A DNA stretch of 64,000 nt from Antedon mediterranea (GCF_964355755.1 NC_092680.1:8432001-8496000); one strand, 5' to 3'; positions 50,307 to 63,993 are shown, counted from the first letter of the stretch. Made by a program: numbers and translations. The notes: generated by a model from the letters alone, not told the origin.

Positions 50307-50479
50307 GGACCGCTTCTCATAATCGACCACCTCCTCTCTTAACGACCACACACATATCCTGTAAATTTTCCCTGGGGACACCAAATAGGAGTAAAAAATG
50401 GATTTAATCATGTGAAAAGCCACACGGATAAAAGTTGTTGGACATTGTCCGCATATGTGTATACAATGTTAAAACAGCA

Positions 50480-50850
50480 ATGACAGCAACTTTATCCTGT
50501 AAGTTGTAAATTCCTTTTACATTGTAACTATTGTCTTTTGGGATATACGAATACCATTGCCAGCAACTTTATCCTGTAAGTTTCCTCAGATAGTAGGCCA
50601 ACAATTTACGATTCCGACCCCTAAGATTTAACAACTCGAAGAGCGACATGGCATATTGTTTAACTTTCGATTGCAGGCGATATACGAAAATACCATTGAC
50701 GGCAACTTAAATGTATGTTGCCCAAGACAGTACCCTATAAATTCCCCAGCCACTACAAGTAAGATTTAACCACACGGCTATTTTTGGGGGGGTTTTTTTG
50801 CATTGTAATTAGACCTATTACCCTTGGGATATACGAAAATACCATTGAGA
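50480..50850. repeat. Degenerate ~140-bp tandem repeats
   Basis: GATATACGAA(AA)TACCATTG recurs at ~50542, ~50679 and ~50828, and GCAACTTTATCCTGTAAGTT recurs at ~50506 and ~50563. Confidence 0.6.
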
Positions 50851-51329
50851 TATAAAAAATACAGACAGACAGTAACCAAACATTGTCCCACTAACAACTC
50901 TGTTACATAGGGTACGGCCGAGTATCCTGTTGAACGAAAGACTCGTTTTAACATACGTTCTGGTGATTTAAACTATACCTATACAGTATATAAGAAGCCA
51001 ATTAAACTGATATTTAAAAATAATTGCATGCAATATACCAGATTTAAGGATTTGGAGCATTACACGACATAATTGAGGCACGGTAAAAAATATATCGACA
51101 TATGTATGCAGTTCGCCGTCGGTCTTTAGGTAGATGACGCTATGTTGTCCAATTAATATTTTTATCCCGGTACAACCCATGATTTTTGGCTCCTTTTCAC
51201 ACACACATACATATTGTATTGTATTGTACTATTTATGTATGATGATGTTAATAAAGTTGGTATTGATTTTGACATATGAGCTCGCTCGATTGTTTACCAT
51301 GCAAACAACTTTTCTATAGCTTATATATT

Positions 51330-52200
51330 GCCTTTAAGTAATATCTTCCACTAATTGTATCAATTGTTGCCTTTTTATATGGTACTCAAAATCCAGATGT
51401 CTCATACTCATTTGAATACAAATGCAGAGAACATGGTAGGAGTGGTGGAGTAGGTATTTATGTTCACTCTTCTTCCAATGCTTGATTATACAATAGCCAA
51501 CTCAGAATCATTGTACAGTAGTTGGAATTGTCTAATGATGAGAGCAAATTTATTGATGGTGTTATATACAGGCAAAATAACGGACCTAACTGAGTTTTAT
51601 AACAGTGTTTTGGATATACTAAATAATAATAAAATTGAAAAAAAATAATTGTATTATATTGGGTGACTTTACTTTTGATGTTTTAAATTCTTCTGTTAAT
51701 AGACTAATTTATTAATAAACTTAATTGATTAAATATGCACAACCTAATTGAAACTCCGTCCAGGGTCACTAAAGATACTTCTACCTTAATTGACCATATT
51801 TATGCCAATGTTTTTAATACAAATTGGTTCAATTGTTTGCGATATTTCTGATCATTTCTCTGTTTTTTCAATATTTGAGAATATTGTTTGAAGTGAAAAA
51901 ATGGATTCTATTTTTGTTCGTGATTTTAGTAACTTTAATACAAATGCATTTATTTATGATCTATCTAATATATCATGGGATGAAGTTTATATGTTTAAAG
52001 ATGTTGATGATTCTTACAATAAATTGTATACCTCATTTAGTAACCTTTGTAACATGCCCCTTTTGTCCAACGTTCGGTAAAAAACATTGAAGAAAAAAAT
52101 CCATGGACCACTATCAATTAAAAAATGTATTAGGAAAAAGCACAAGTTGTTTTCGAAAGTTTTTAGGTCAAATAATGACCCAAATAACAAAAGGATTAAA
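51330..52200 (+). mobile_element. CR1/L2-group LINE remnant, APE endonuclease region
   Basis: Broken-frame motifs SGGVGIYV (~51441), VIYR (~51559), GDF (~51662), PSRVTKDTSTLIDHIYAN (~51756-51809), ISDH (~51845) and PW (~52101). Confidence 0.8.
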
Positions 52201-52204
52201 TTGG

Positions 52205-53100
52205 CTAGAAGCACTTTTTATCATAATTTACTTTCCGTACGAGTACATCATCGTTTATTTTGAGCTTATTTAGGCCAATATCAATTTGTTTAGTTTTGCC
52301 TTTAAACAATATGTATTTCGTTTTTGTTACGTTTACAGTAAGCATGTTTGCTTTGAACCACATACTTAGACGATGTATTTCATTATTCATGTTCTAAGAA
52401 AACGTTGGTGTCATCTGCGAACATTATTGTTTCTGTTTGGGTACATACACCAGGCATATCATTAACATACAATAGAAACAATAACGACCCCAGTATCGAG
52501 CCCGTGTGTTATCTCTGTGTAATCAGATTTACATCCTTCGATTTCTACATATTGTTTCCTATTACTTAATTAGCTTACAAACCATTCTAGAGCAATGCCT
52601 CTTATTCCATAATACCTTAGTTTATCAAGCAATATGTCATGATTCATAGAGTCAATTGCTTTTGACAGATCTAGAAAGACCCCTATTACGATTTTTTATT
52701 ATCAATTGCTTTGGTCAATGTGTCTATTGCTTTTTATTAAGAAGTGTTTGTTCGGTTTAGTGTCCCTCCCTAAACCCATATTGCGACTTGCTAAGTATAT
52801 TATGTTTAAGTAATGTTTAAGTAAAAATGACATTGTCTGATCGTATACTACCCTCTCATAGATCTTAGATAGACATGGTAAGATAGATATCGGTCTGTAA
52901 TTGCTAACCTCATCTTTATTACCCTTTTTATACACAGGCACAGTTTTTGCTATTTTTAATTGATCTGGAAATATACCACCCTCAAGTGATTTGTTAACAA
53001 TATTATGAGCAATTGGTTTTGAAAGTAGGTCATAATTACTTACAATATATTTTATCATTATATCATCATGACCACATGACTTATTCTTATCTAATTAATT
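52205..53100 (-). mobile_element. CR1/L2-group LINE remnant, reverse-transcriptase region
   Basis: [61 protein letters not shown] and WFKANMLTVNVTKT appear in order on the minus strand with frameshifts. Confidence 0.9.
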
Positions 53101-53137
53101 ATCTAAAGTATAAGACAGAAAACAAGGTACACAATGT

Positions 53138-56100
53138 TTAAGTACAAATAAGTGACAATACGATTCTTATATATTCTGTTATAATAATTTGAGGAGGATG
53201 AATATTGTCACCTACGCGGTGATTGTTGGTCATGTCCCAAACATCTATAATATACAGGTTAGGGATATCAGCCATCATCTTACGCATTTCTCCATCAAAC
53301 TGCATTGCCAACCAATCACCCACATTAACAGCGCCGACCGCACCACCATAAGATCTCGTATTAGCGCTTTTCATAAAAACTATCGTTTTTGGACTACGTT
53401 GATATAAACGAAGAAGAGCATTTTTAATGGTTTTCAGTCGACGTGAGTAAACTTGCAAACTTGTTGCTTCAAAATGAGCAAACAAACACACAAAAATGAT
53501 GGTATTTTGATCAGCAATGATGTCATCAATCTCATTAGCTGTATACTTTATATCATCTACGCGCATTGTTCTTGCACGTATTGGATATGCGTGAATTCTG
53601 AAGAAAAACGTCATGTTATTCTTTGTACTGTTCGCGTACAAAGGTCCCGTGTACCAAGTGGCACCAGCCGTGTATTTTTGACTGGTAGTGTTCTCAACCT
53701 TAGAAACAAAGTATTCATACCACTGTCGAATTGTAGAGTCTCCAAAAAAATATAATCTTTTGTGTTTTAAACATCCCGATGATAAAGCTAACTGTACTGT
53801 TATATTCTTTAGTGTACATTCGTTGGAGTACCATTTGTCTTTAAAATAAAATCCTGCGGCTAATTTCCTTTCCACTTTGAACTTATTATTTCGTCGGCAC
53901 TCACTTGATGATTCTATACACAATGTTTGCTCATCTTTAATGACAAAATAGTATTAAAATATTCAATATATATATATAAATAAATATTACATAAAGTATC
54001 CTTAGATTTAACGTAATTAAATATAACTATATTAATTTGCAGTATAATTTTATTTTGCTACTGCACCTTCACACGCGCGTCCGAAAATAAACAACAAGAA
54101 ACTAAATTGGCTATCGCCACCAACGGCCAACTTAGTTGAAACCAGGAAGTTGCAACGTGAACCCGTGGACTCACGTCAACGCGGAAATTACTTCTACCGC
54201 GTACAGTTGAAAATCTACTGATGAAATCAGAATTTTGTTTTTTCAAAACCCTTTATAATATCTTCCTAAGATAGAAATATGGAACAATATCGTAATAGTG
54301 GAAACTAATGTTATCAAATCTACGTTTCGTGGTACATCGGAGGCAGATAAGGCGGAGATTTGTCCCGAAGTTTCTTCATTGTGCTCACCTATGTCAGAAT
54401 TAACCATAATTTATATATAGATATCAAGCAGTTAATACTATTGCTTTTTAAGAATTGAGACACAGGCAGAAAACTTACTTGATTCATTTACGTATATTTT
54501 CTTGACACCTGTGGACTTCTTCCCATACCTAAAACATAAAAGATTAATGTTCATTACAACAACAAAACATGGGTTTTCCTCATTTTTCCCCATACATTAC
54601 TATTATTCCTGTTTGTTGTTGTACTGTTTAGGCGTTCTGAATTTATTATAAATTATTCATTTCAATCGTTAGTTGTTTTTTAGTATTTTATACCAGTCAT
54701 TTCCTTTTATTCATGGTTCTTTAAAATTAAGTGTATTATGATGTAAGTAAAATATAAAAGTGTACGATAAGTACAGTGGTATGTAACACGATTATCTAAT
54801 TATCTATACGTATCATTCATCAAGTGTAATACCTCATAAAGGTCTATTATATATAATGCATACAACTATTTTTTAAGTCGTGTTTCGTAAATTTTTTCAA
54901 CTCAGTTTAAGGTGGCTATGACTTAAAGTTAAACTTAAATAGTCTCCTTCCATACAATGCATATACCTGTAATGGTTTTTTTTCCTCCATAATTTATGTA
55001 TTTTACGAGCGTGTGGAAAATAAAATGATTACTATTACATGGCATCTACTATACAAATACGACCACAATTCTTAGTATATATACCGGGTCAATTATATCA
55101 ATCTAATTTTTGGTCAAAGTAATTAAATTGACGGTGTTGCACTTTACAGTGATTATGAGTGGGACGCTTATCGATTGGCATTATTTACAATGGCGTTGTT
55201 ATCCCTGGTATAAGCCAGATGTGTAAATAAAGTATAAAGAATTGAACTAGTTGACGTTGTGTAGTTTTTGCACTTTTTACGTGGGAAGCTTTTATAAAAC
55301 ATTACAAATTGAATACTGTTTGTTATTTTTTAGAGAGACTACAATATAATACATTTTTACTAATACTAATTTAGCTTGGTGCAATATTATTATTAATATT
55401 ATCACTAAAAATCTCTTTTGCAATATTTAAAATTTACCTGAATAAGCGTGACTCTGTTGGTTTAAAAACTGCCCTGGTCTCTCTCCCTCCTAGGTGTGTA
55501 TTACCCCGATGGTAAGAGTATGCAGAACATGGCATATTACTTGGTTTTTCACAAAACCATGGCTCACCAGTTCGTTTATCTGTGTAGTCACATGTGTGTT
55601 TAGAAGAAGGTAATTCCACATGACAACGGACAACTTTCTTGAGTTTTTCAGCTACAAATGTTCCATCATACACAAACCGAGTGGGCTTAACGTTACGTAC
55701 ACGATTCATAGCTTCAATTGCTTCTCTGCTGTTTATTAACATTACATTAATCGCTATTTTGCCACTCCATCTTAGTGTAAAGAATGCACTGTACGAACCA
55801 TTATTATAATCAACAATCTTTCCATCAGTTGTCCCACTTGCCAATAAACCAGTAGTATACATTTTGGCCCGAAAATAATCCCCACCTTCCGTTTTGTTTC
55901 GTTTGAACTGATCCATTGCTTGGATTACAACGTGTATTTTATCACACAAATTATAAGTTTGTTGCAGATTTTGAATACGGAAATAACTAGTTGAAGGATG
56001 TGTAAATGGTTTTTCAGTTAGATTTTGTTCTGCTGCATTGTTGCTGCTTATCGTAGAAGAATTCGGAGCACATGTTGTATTTCTTGTAACATTAATAGAT

Positions 56101-57103
56101 GAAAGTTCTTGTTCTGTATTAACCATTACAACAGATCGTGTACAACATTCTGGTTTAATAGTAAAATTGTTAGTACCAATGCTCTTTTCCGAGGCACCTT
56201 TAGTGATGTTTGGATGAAATGAAGTGAATAGTGCTGGACGAGGATAGTTGTATTTAACCTGTGGAGATCAAGTAGTTTTCTGAAATTTAGTTTTAGTTAA
56301 ACATGTGAATTCAAGTGTTTGGCCAAATTGTTTCAATGTACATTATACTGTATTCAGAATAATAATAATTTCTTGTTAAATAAAAAAGTTGTATGTTAAA
56401 TCAACTAAACATTGTATAGTTGGAACCCGATTGGATAGTGACTCTTACATTATCGGCGTTTTTTCGCTTTCCTCATCTTTATCGTTTCAAATTTCAGTAT
56501 ATCACTGGGCGGTTTAGAATTAATTATATATGCCTAACGTGTTCACAATTCACAAATGCATATTAGTAGGCCTATACCAAAAGAAGCAAGTGATTTTCAG
56601 TTTAGTAACCATTATTTAAATGGATATACGGTACATTTAACAACAATTATGTACAAAAAAGGGGAAAAAATGGTCGCCCACGTCCGGTCAGCACCTCCGA
56701 TGGGGCACTACCCTGTAGGGATACGGGAAAAATTACCGTCTACTTTGATAGTGAGGCACGTAAGCGCGACCACCACAAAAACAGCATAAACTACTACTCT
56801 ACCGACTCATTTGTGTTTGTTATTAAAACTATTATTAAGTTAAAACATAGCCATATTTACCAGATGACGTCATGCTTATTAGACAGTTATATTTAAAGAT
56901 ATATTTTGCTGGCACAAAAAATGAAATAATTGTCAAATTAGTTTAAGCATTGACGAAAAACACCGTGTTACTTTTTGATAAATTATTAAGATTTAATTGA
57001 AACTTACATAATCGACGGTTTTCAAATATTCCCCAAAATTCCAAATAGATATAACACATACACCAAAAATTAGAAGAAAATGTCGACGGTTGAAACAAAT
57101 CAT
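53138..57103 (-). CDS. NXPE: NXPE-family protein (neurexophilin/Ig-like plus SGNH/PC-esterase domain), 4 coding exons, 587 aa
   Basis: Exons 57103-57008, 56258-55438, 54528-54479 and 53934-53138 have GT-AG introns and consistent phases (1764 nt). The protein has an N-terminal anchor (RRHFLLIFGVCVISIW), GGDYFRA, G.IVDYNNGSY, EPWFCEKP, FFGDSTIRQW and DVWDMT..DNIHP. The specific paralog cannot be assigned. Confidence 0.92.
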
Positions 57104-60100
57104 AATGCTGCTTTTTTCGTTATGTATATCAAAGTATATACGTCGAGCTAATGATATTGTAATATATTTTGTGGAAGTGTCGAGCAGCTTATATTGTGGA
57201 TAAGCGATAGTTGGCGCTACTCTGTGCATTCTCAAAAAAAGTATATAGCGCAACTTTGCTGGGCAAGATAGATAACTGTTGCTCTAGGTCCAATTCTACA
57301 ACGCTCCCTGTAATCCCACACAATTTACCACAATCATCCGGGTATTTTGTCCGCCCGAATGAAGTCTAAGTTATGTATCTTGCGACGCTGTACAATCTTT
57401 GCATTCTCTAGCGGTAACCAAGCTTAAGTAATTTGACCAATTTTGACGCGATGGATTGTCCAAACTGCCGCGTGTGCGTGTGCTTGGTCAACGCAAACTT
57501 ACGTCGTTATGTTGCATCCAAATGAGAATCCAGGATGAATAGCAATCTCCAGACTCTTAAATTGACCAACTGATTTCTATCGCAGATTGTTTGATTTTGC
57601 TTTCTTCACTTCATATCATAATTTCTGAACGATTTCTTAGGCTGCCATGGAAAGGATAAAACAGAAAAGACCGAAAATATACATTACATTGGTGTCTTTT
57701 ACAGTTTCAATTTTTCCAGCTGTTTATTTAGTAAAATGTTTAATGTTTGGCATCATAATTCTGTCAATTTGTAAAACTTACGTTAGGTATAGTAATTAAA
57801 TATTGTGAAGATTCTGGTAAAATATAAACATATTATTATAATTATTGTCTAACATTTGTAAGGAACGACTTACTCAGTTTATTTATTCTTTACTTGAATC
57901 TATAGTGACTTCATGAATAAGTCTGTAGTATGCAAATAAAATTCATTTATGTATTTATTTTGCTCTGCGTTTGTACCAAGCACTTTTTAATCAGATTATT
58001 AAACATTATGTTTGTAGATTAGCTACCGTTGCTGTAAACAATTCATTATTGTGATCTATAGGTTTGAAGTTAAATTTGGATTTAATATGAGCTCTCTAAT
58101 TACAAAATATTATTTTAATCCACTCTAATTTTCAAACTCAAAAAGAACCACATGTTGTTTATTGTTTTTTCTTGAAATATTTATTCAAGGTAGCTGCCGG
58201 TATACAATTTCTATTGTTTGTTATAAAATAACAACCTTGCAAAAAAATTGATAATAAACCCACTTACAGATTGTTTTCGTTAGCAGTAAAGCATCGTGAA
58301 TTTTACTTAATTTTAAAATAAAAAAATTACCGAACTTTCTCATAAAAATAGTATTTTCTAACAATACTTTGCATACGTGTAACCAGTTGACATCATAACT
58401 CCAAACAATTAATTGGCCTCTATTTTGATTTAATTCGTTTAAATAAAAACAACGGTAATTTAGGGCATTATTATTTATTTTTAATTTTATTTAAAACATA
58501 ATTATGCAGAATAAAAATATATCAAATATTCATAAACACAGTGGTTACATTTTCCCCATGTTTTGCACACGAAGGAACTTGTTTGACATAGGAAACTGGA
58601 CGATTCCATTTATTAGTACTACATGGATTTGATGATGATAATATTACCGTTTTTAACAATTGTGTTACTTGAAACATATTTTCTAGTTGGTTTATTCTTA
58701 TAAAGGTCAATGTCAAATTTATAATCTATATTAAATAATGCTAAAATGCTCTTTCCATGTCCACTAAAACAACCAAATCAGTCTCTTGCATGTGGATCAA
58801 TATAAGGAAACCATTTAAACGTTTAATTATGGAGAATGTACTTCTATTGAAATTCATTAAACATGCATTAAGTTGGTGTAATTCTTGTTCAAGAGCTTGA
58901 TTTAATGACAAAGCATTAATCGGTCATCAATTCGAAATCCCCATCTATAATGCCAAACACTGATTCACTGGAAAGGATTGCAAATGTGTTATAAAATATC
59001 TAATTCGTTCGGCAGTTCAGAAATCATCAAAAGGTCCTCATGCATAGTGGAATCTTTCTAAATGTAATAGTACAACTCATTTCCAAGAGTCAATATTTTG
59101 TCAAGATCAGTAAAGAAAAATTCATTTCCATTCCTCAATGTTGAATAAAGAATAGCGACAAGACTATTTGCAACACACTGCTTTACCACATGAAAAGCCA
59201 AACCGAGAATCTGCTTGATTAAAACTACCTTGTGTTAACACATTATTAGTAATGCTCTTACATCTGTTGACCACACTTGTATTAGTGTTACCTTTATTGT
59301 CTTTGTTTTCATTAGATACCTTTTCAAACATTTTTCTAACTTGTCAATAAATTCGAGTGACCTAAATACTTGCAATGCGGAGTATAATTTTCATTAAATT
59401 TATCACTTTTCTCGATCCATGTGATCTCTATATCTTCGTTTTCTAGGTTAAGATCAACTCTGTGAACATATATGAGATTATACCATTAGGCCTACTCCAC
59501 CCTCATCATGCTTTAATTACTTGATTAAATTTTTTTTTAACCGTTCTGATTGTTACAATATTATTACAATAAGACAACTTAAAAAAGAAAAGACAGCTCA
59601 AATATCTAAAATATACGAACTCCTATTGAGTTAGGCCTTATACGACAACTTTAATCTAAATTATTATTATTGGTTTATTAAGATAGGTTTGTTACAAAAT
59701 ATAACAATTATTATTACCCAATAAAAAAAATATTAAAAAATAAATTTCTATTTTCGATAAGGCAAAGTCGGCATGATTTCCTAAAGTTCATGTTCACTGG
59801 TAACCAGTACGGTAACAGACAATTTCGAATAATGAACGGGTGGTAGATATTTTTCCATTTTGTGTAGTAATCCTGACAACGACTTCCGACAAGCATGAAA
59901 TTTGTGAATGTGTTGGGTTTCAATATCAGTTTCTAATGTTAAAGGCCAACCTTAAAATAAAGGATGTGATACGTTAAGAATTGAGTGCGGAAATGATTGA
60001 ATTAGACAAATACTTTAACAGATGACATCAACAACAAGCACAGCCAGTAAAGCATGCATTGTTGAAAACACAGCTTCTTCCATAGTGGATTAAATTATTC

Positions 60101-60909
60101 TATAAAGGTAAGAATTATCGAGATTAATACTATTTGTAGACCTACTTTGTAACAATTTGCTGGAAAATGTGACTTGTTGATTCTTTAACATATGCTTCTG
60201 AGTCACAATCAATTTCAAAGCAAACAGTATACATTTGAACGTTTTTATTCGACCATAACAACATTGTTTAAACCCACCTACTTGGTATTACAATTCGTTC
60301 TGTCTAGAAATGAAAATTATTCTAAAAGATAACTGAAATACAGGATCAGTGTATCACTATTTCGTTACACATTTTGATAAATCGTACTTTATAATTATAA
60401 TTAAAATTCTCAATATACTCAAAATAATACGTCACAATTTGGCTGTACTATAAAAAAACGCATATATAAATGACGTGTTCTGCGTTCAACAGCAGAATGA
60501 CGCATATGAAATACTTCCTTTTTTTAATTTATTGAAAAGTAAACCTTGTGAACTTCTAGCAACAGCTGTACTACTACAAAGATTTCACTATGTTTATCAA
60601 CACCAAATGACCCGGCGATCAGTCCCGATTCTTATGGCATTATACTTACTCTGAATTACTGTTCAAAAACACTCATTCATCTTTTTATATAAGAAAACTA
60701 TGAGAAGATAATGTAGACGATGATTTACTTTTACAATTTACTAAGAATTCTTTCTCACTCACCTATTTGTGTATAATTGGCCTAGAGTTTAAATTTAATT
60801 AGACGACGAATTATTTCAAATACAAAATAATATTATTTATTTACCAAATATCTTGTGATGTTCAATTAATAGATTTTTATTTTTACTGCAGGCTTCCACC
60901 CAAAAAAAG

Positions 60910-63900
60910 ATGATGAAATACCTGTATATTTGTTTTTTATTGATGTCCATGAATGCATATGTGTACAGTCAACGTAAGTCCTATCTTCTTGCTTCTAATT
61001 CAATCAGTGTGATTTTAAAGTGTTGTGTTTCTTTATAATTAAAGATATATACGGTTCCCCTAACAATTTTTTTTAATATGACATTAATTTCACGTAATAG
61101 TTAATCACTTTTACTAAAAACTGGATCGGAAAAAAACAATTATTGACCTAAAAATGTTTAATAGCTTAACAAATTTAAAGCAAAAAATACATTTTTCGTT
61201 TAAATTAACCGTTTCGTTTGTCCTTTTATATGACTACTTGAAATAATTATTTGTTTTGGTTTTTTTTACAGAAGTGGAAACGTTATTAAAACTGCAAAAT
61301 TGCCTATTTAAAGTCTGATTCTATTAATCTTCATTTTCATGTTTTTGGGGGACAATGCATCTTTACATAATTTATTTTTAATAATCTATTGTGATCAAAA
61401 ACACCTTAATATTATTACATATACAATTATTTATTTTGCAGGAATTTTAATTCTATATATTAATAAATCATCTATCCAGGTTGCCCTTCGTGTGCCAAGC
61501 CAGAAAATGACCAACGAGTATGCGGGACAGATGGCAGAACATACCCTTCCATATGTTACCTCGGACGGAGGATTTGTAGAGGAGATTCTCCAGACTTAGC
61601 AGTAGCATATTCGGGTAAATGCATTCGAATGAACGACCCTGTGGTTGTTACAAGTAAGTCCCAGCAGATTCTCGTACGGTATCACGTCTAGATAGCTTTA
61701 ATCAATTGTATAGTGTACAATTATACATATAAAGCTAAATGAAACAACGAAAGATTAACTTGTTTACTTTCATATCTTCAATACAAAATTATTAATATCA
61801 ATATGCTGCTTGTTTGCAGCTACTGTGAGTTCACGACCATATTCTATTACTAAAAACCAGCTAAATGAACCCGATCAAACTGAGCAGAAAGACTCGAGAT
61901 GTACCGTGGCATTGGTACCAGTCTGTGGTAGTGATGGAATCACCTATCCGTCACCCTGCTTCCTTGCAAAGTTTGCAAATCTTCCTGGAAAAAGCGATCT
62001 AACTATTGCACAGATGGGTTTCTGTGGTGAGTGTCACATGTGTTTTCTATCGATCATTTTAGGCTATAACAATTATGTTTAAAATGTGTTTTCATTATAT
62101 AATTGTTTTAAATGTATGTTATATTGATTGCGTATATCAACAAATTATGTTTAGTAGAATAATCTTTTACCATTTATATTTTTGTAGATCAATTTAATTC
62201 TGAAAATAAATCAGATTTGAATTTAACTTCACCAGCAAATGAACAAGAAAAAGTCGATTCAACATCAAATATTTTCACCACCGTACAATCAACTGTTCAA
62301 GAGATAACTGCAGAACAACTGCAGACTACAAAAAAAGGAGGTGGAGGTAGTGACTTGTTTGTACCAGGGCCTGCTTCGGATTTAGAACCAGAAGGAACAG
62401 TTGTTACTCCATTCAAACCGCCAACGACAGAGACAACAGTAACAGACATTTATTATGGGAAATTTATTGGAGATATTATGCCTGTTAGAAATGAACGCGC
62501 ACTACCCAGAGGACGTGGAACAATTTATTCAGTTGATAAGTCAACAATTACGATTGTACATTTTACGATTAATAGCAAGGTAGATGGTAAGAAAACATCA
62601 TACTATACTATATCATTAAACTTTTTATCTACCAGTTCTCGTTATTCTATCTATTTTTAAATGTTTTATTTTGTCGTTGATGTTATTTTGTTTTCAATGC
62701 TGATGTTATAGTTGATGTTGCTTGTAGTGTTGTGATGTGGATATTGTACGTTGCTGTGGTCGTTTCTGTTATGTTTATCATTGCTTAATCTTTTTGTATT
62801 TGAACGGATATGAAAATTATATCCAATTATTGTTATCACTAGATAACCTGCTACTGTGTATGTTTCATACACTGTACTGATGGTGTAAGCTTATCATTTG
62901 TTACAGATATTTATTTAAAGGCTGGGTTGAACAGTGAACCCCATAACGGAGATACAATACCAGACGAGAAAGGAAGGTAACACTACGATTTGTTTGTATT
63001 AAGCATTGTTTAGAGTGTGGCATACCAAATACAACATCAATACAACAACATTTGTTTTTGAGAATGCTTTACTGGACAAACATTATTGACTATAACACAT
63101 TGGCGTTTTAAGAAAAGCTATGGTCGTTGCACGAGACAAAAATAAAGATTTGGTTTGATGCTTATCACACATCACACGTGTGACTCCGAGATAATTATAA
63201 CAATGACGAAGACTGATAATTACGAAGTTCTTCCAAACAAATGATAACAATGAACACCATCACAACGATAGAAATATGAAAATAATGACGAAAACGTTGT
63301 TATGATTACGATCTTATAATTGATGATTTCGTTTCTTATGAGTTATAATATTCGTGTGTTTTTTTCTTTAAAAAAAGAAAACGAAAACTTAAAGCATATA
63401 AAAACAAGGATATCATTCTAAGCTTACCAGAAGGAAAAGCGTTAGCGGAGTATGACTGGATTGGAGTCTGGTGCCGTCGTTATAAGGTGAGCAATCTTTT
63501 AAGTTTACTATATAATTATATTATTTATGTTCATTATCAGTTGTATATTTACAGTATTATGCTACTCTGTATTTTGCTTTATTATTTGTGGAAATAAATA
63601 TTATTATTATTATTATTAATACATACTGAGTGAAATAGGCCTATACCAAGGAATAGTCAAAGGATATACCACGTTTGTATTTGTTTTTTTACAGCAAGTG
63701 TATGAATGCAATAAATATTACTATGCAAAACTAAACAATAATATAGCCACCAGCACGTTAGTGCATATATTCTGTACACGCTACATTTGTACATTAAACG
63801 AGCTCATAATGACACTTTTTTTAGACTTTTGCAAGAGTGAATATATCTGCTGATTTTGTAGCACCTGATCAGTATAACTTAGGTGTAATGGGTTACAAAC

Positions 63901-63993
63901 CTCGAATACACAACGTTCGGGCACCGGCTACAAACATAATGGACACAAAAACAATACGATTCCACAGTATCACGTACGATGGTGCTGCTCCTG
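60910..63993 (+). CDS. Secreted protein with two Kazal domains, a Thr-rich linker and Skeletor-like DM13 domains (3'-incomplete)
   Basis: Exons 60910-60973 (signal peptide MMKYLYICFLLMSMNAYVYS), 61480-61653 (VCGTDGRTYPSIC..C..GKC), 61820-62026 (VCGSDGITYPSPC..GFC), 62188-62586, 62907-62976, 63378-63486 and 63825-63993 have consistent phases. DM13 motifs: YYGKFIG..GTIYSVDKSTI, IPDEKG, LKAYKNKDIILSLPEGK..DWIGVWC and DTKTIRF..TYDGAAP. Confidence 0.85.
61043..61362. mobile_element. Kolobok-like MITE, inverted copy in an intron
   Basis: It is the reverse complement of the 8348-8691 family (TTAA|AGATATAT..; ..AAGTCTGATT..AATCTTCATTTTCATGTTTTTGGGGGACAATGCATCT). Confidence 0.7.

Noticed and set aside
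48354-50423. GC-rich ORFs (48354-48619, 50051-50423)
   Set aside because: They arise from the GC-rich subterminal regions of the hAT-type element and have low-complexity translations.
54055-54422. Possible Helitron-like insert in an NXPE intron (minus strand begins TCTATATATA)
   Set aside because: I found no clear 3' hairpin plus CTAG end and no second copy in the window.
63695-63853. Longer exon starting at the 63694 acceptor
   Set aside because: In phase 0 it reads non-DM13 sequence and stops at ~63851, whereas the 63825 acceptor gives DM13-like sequence.
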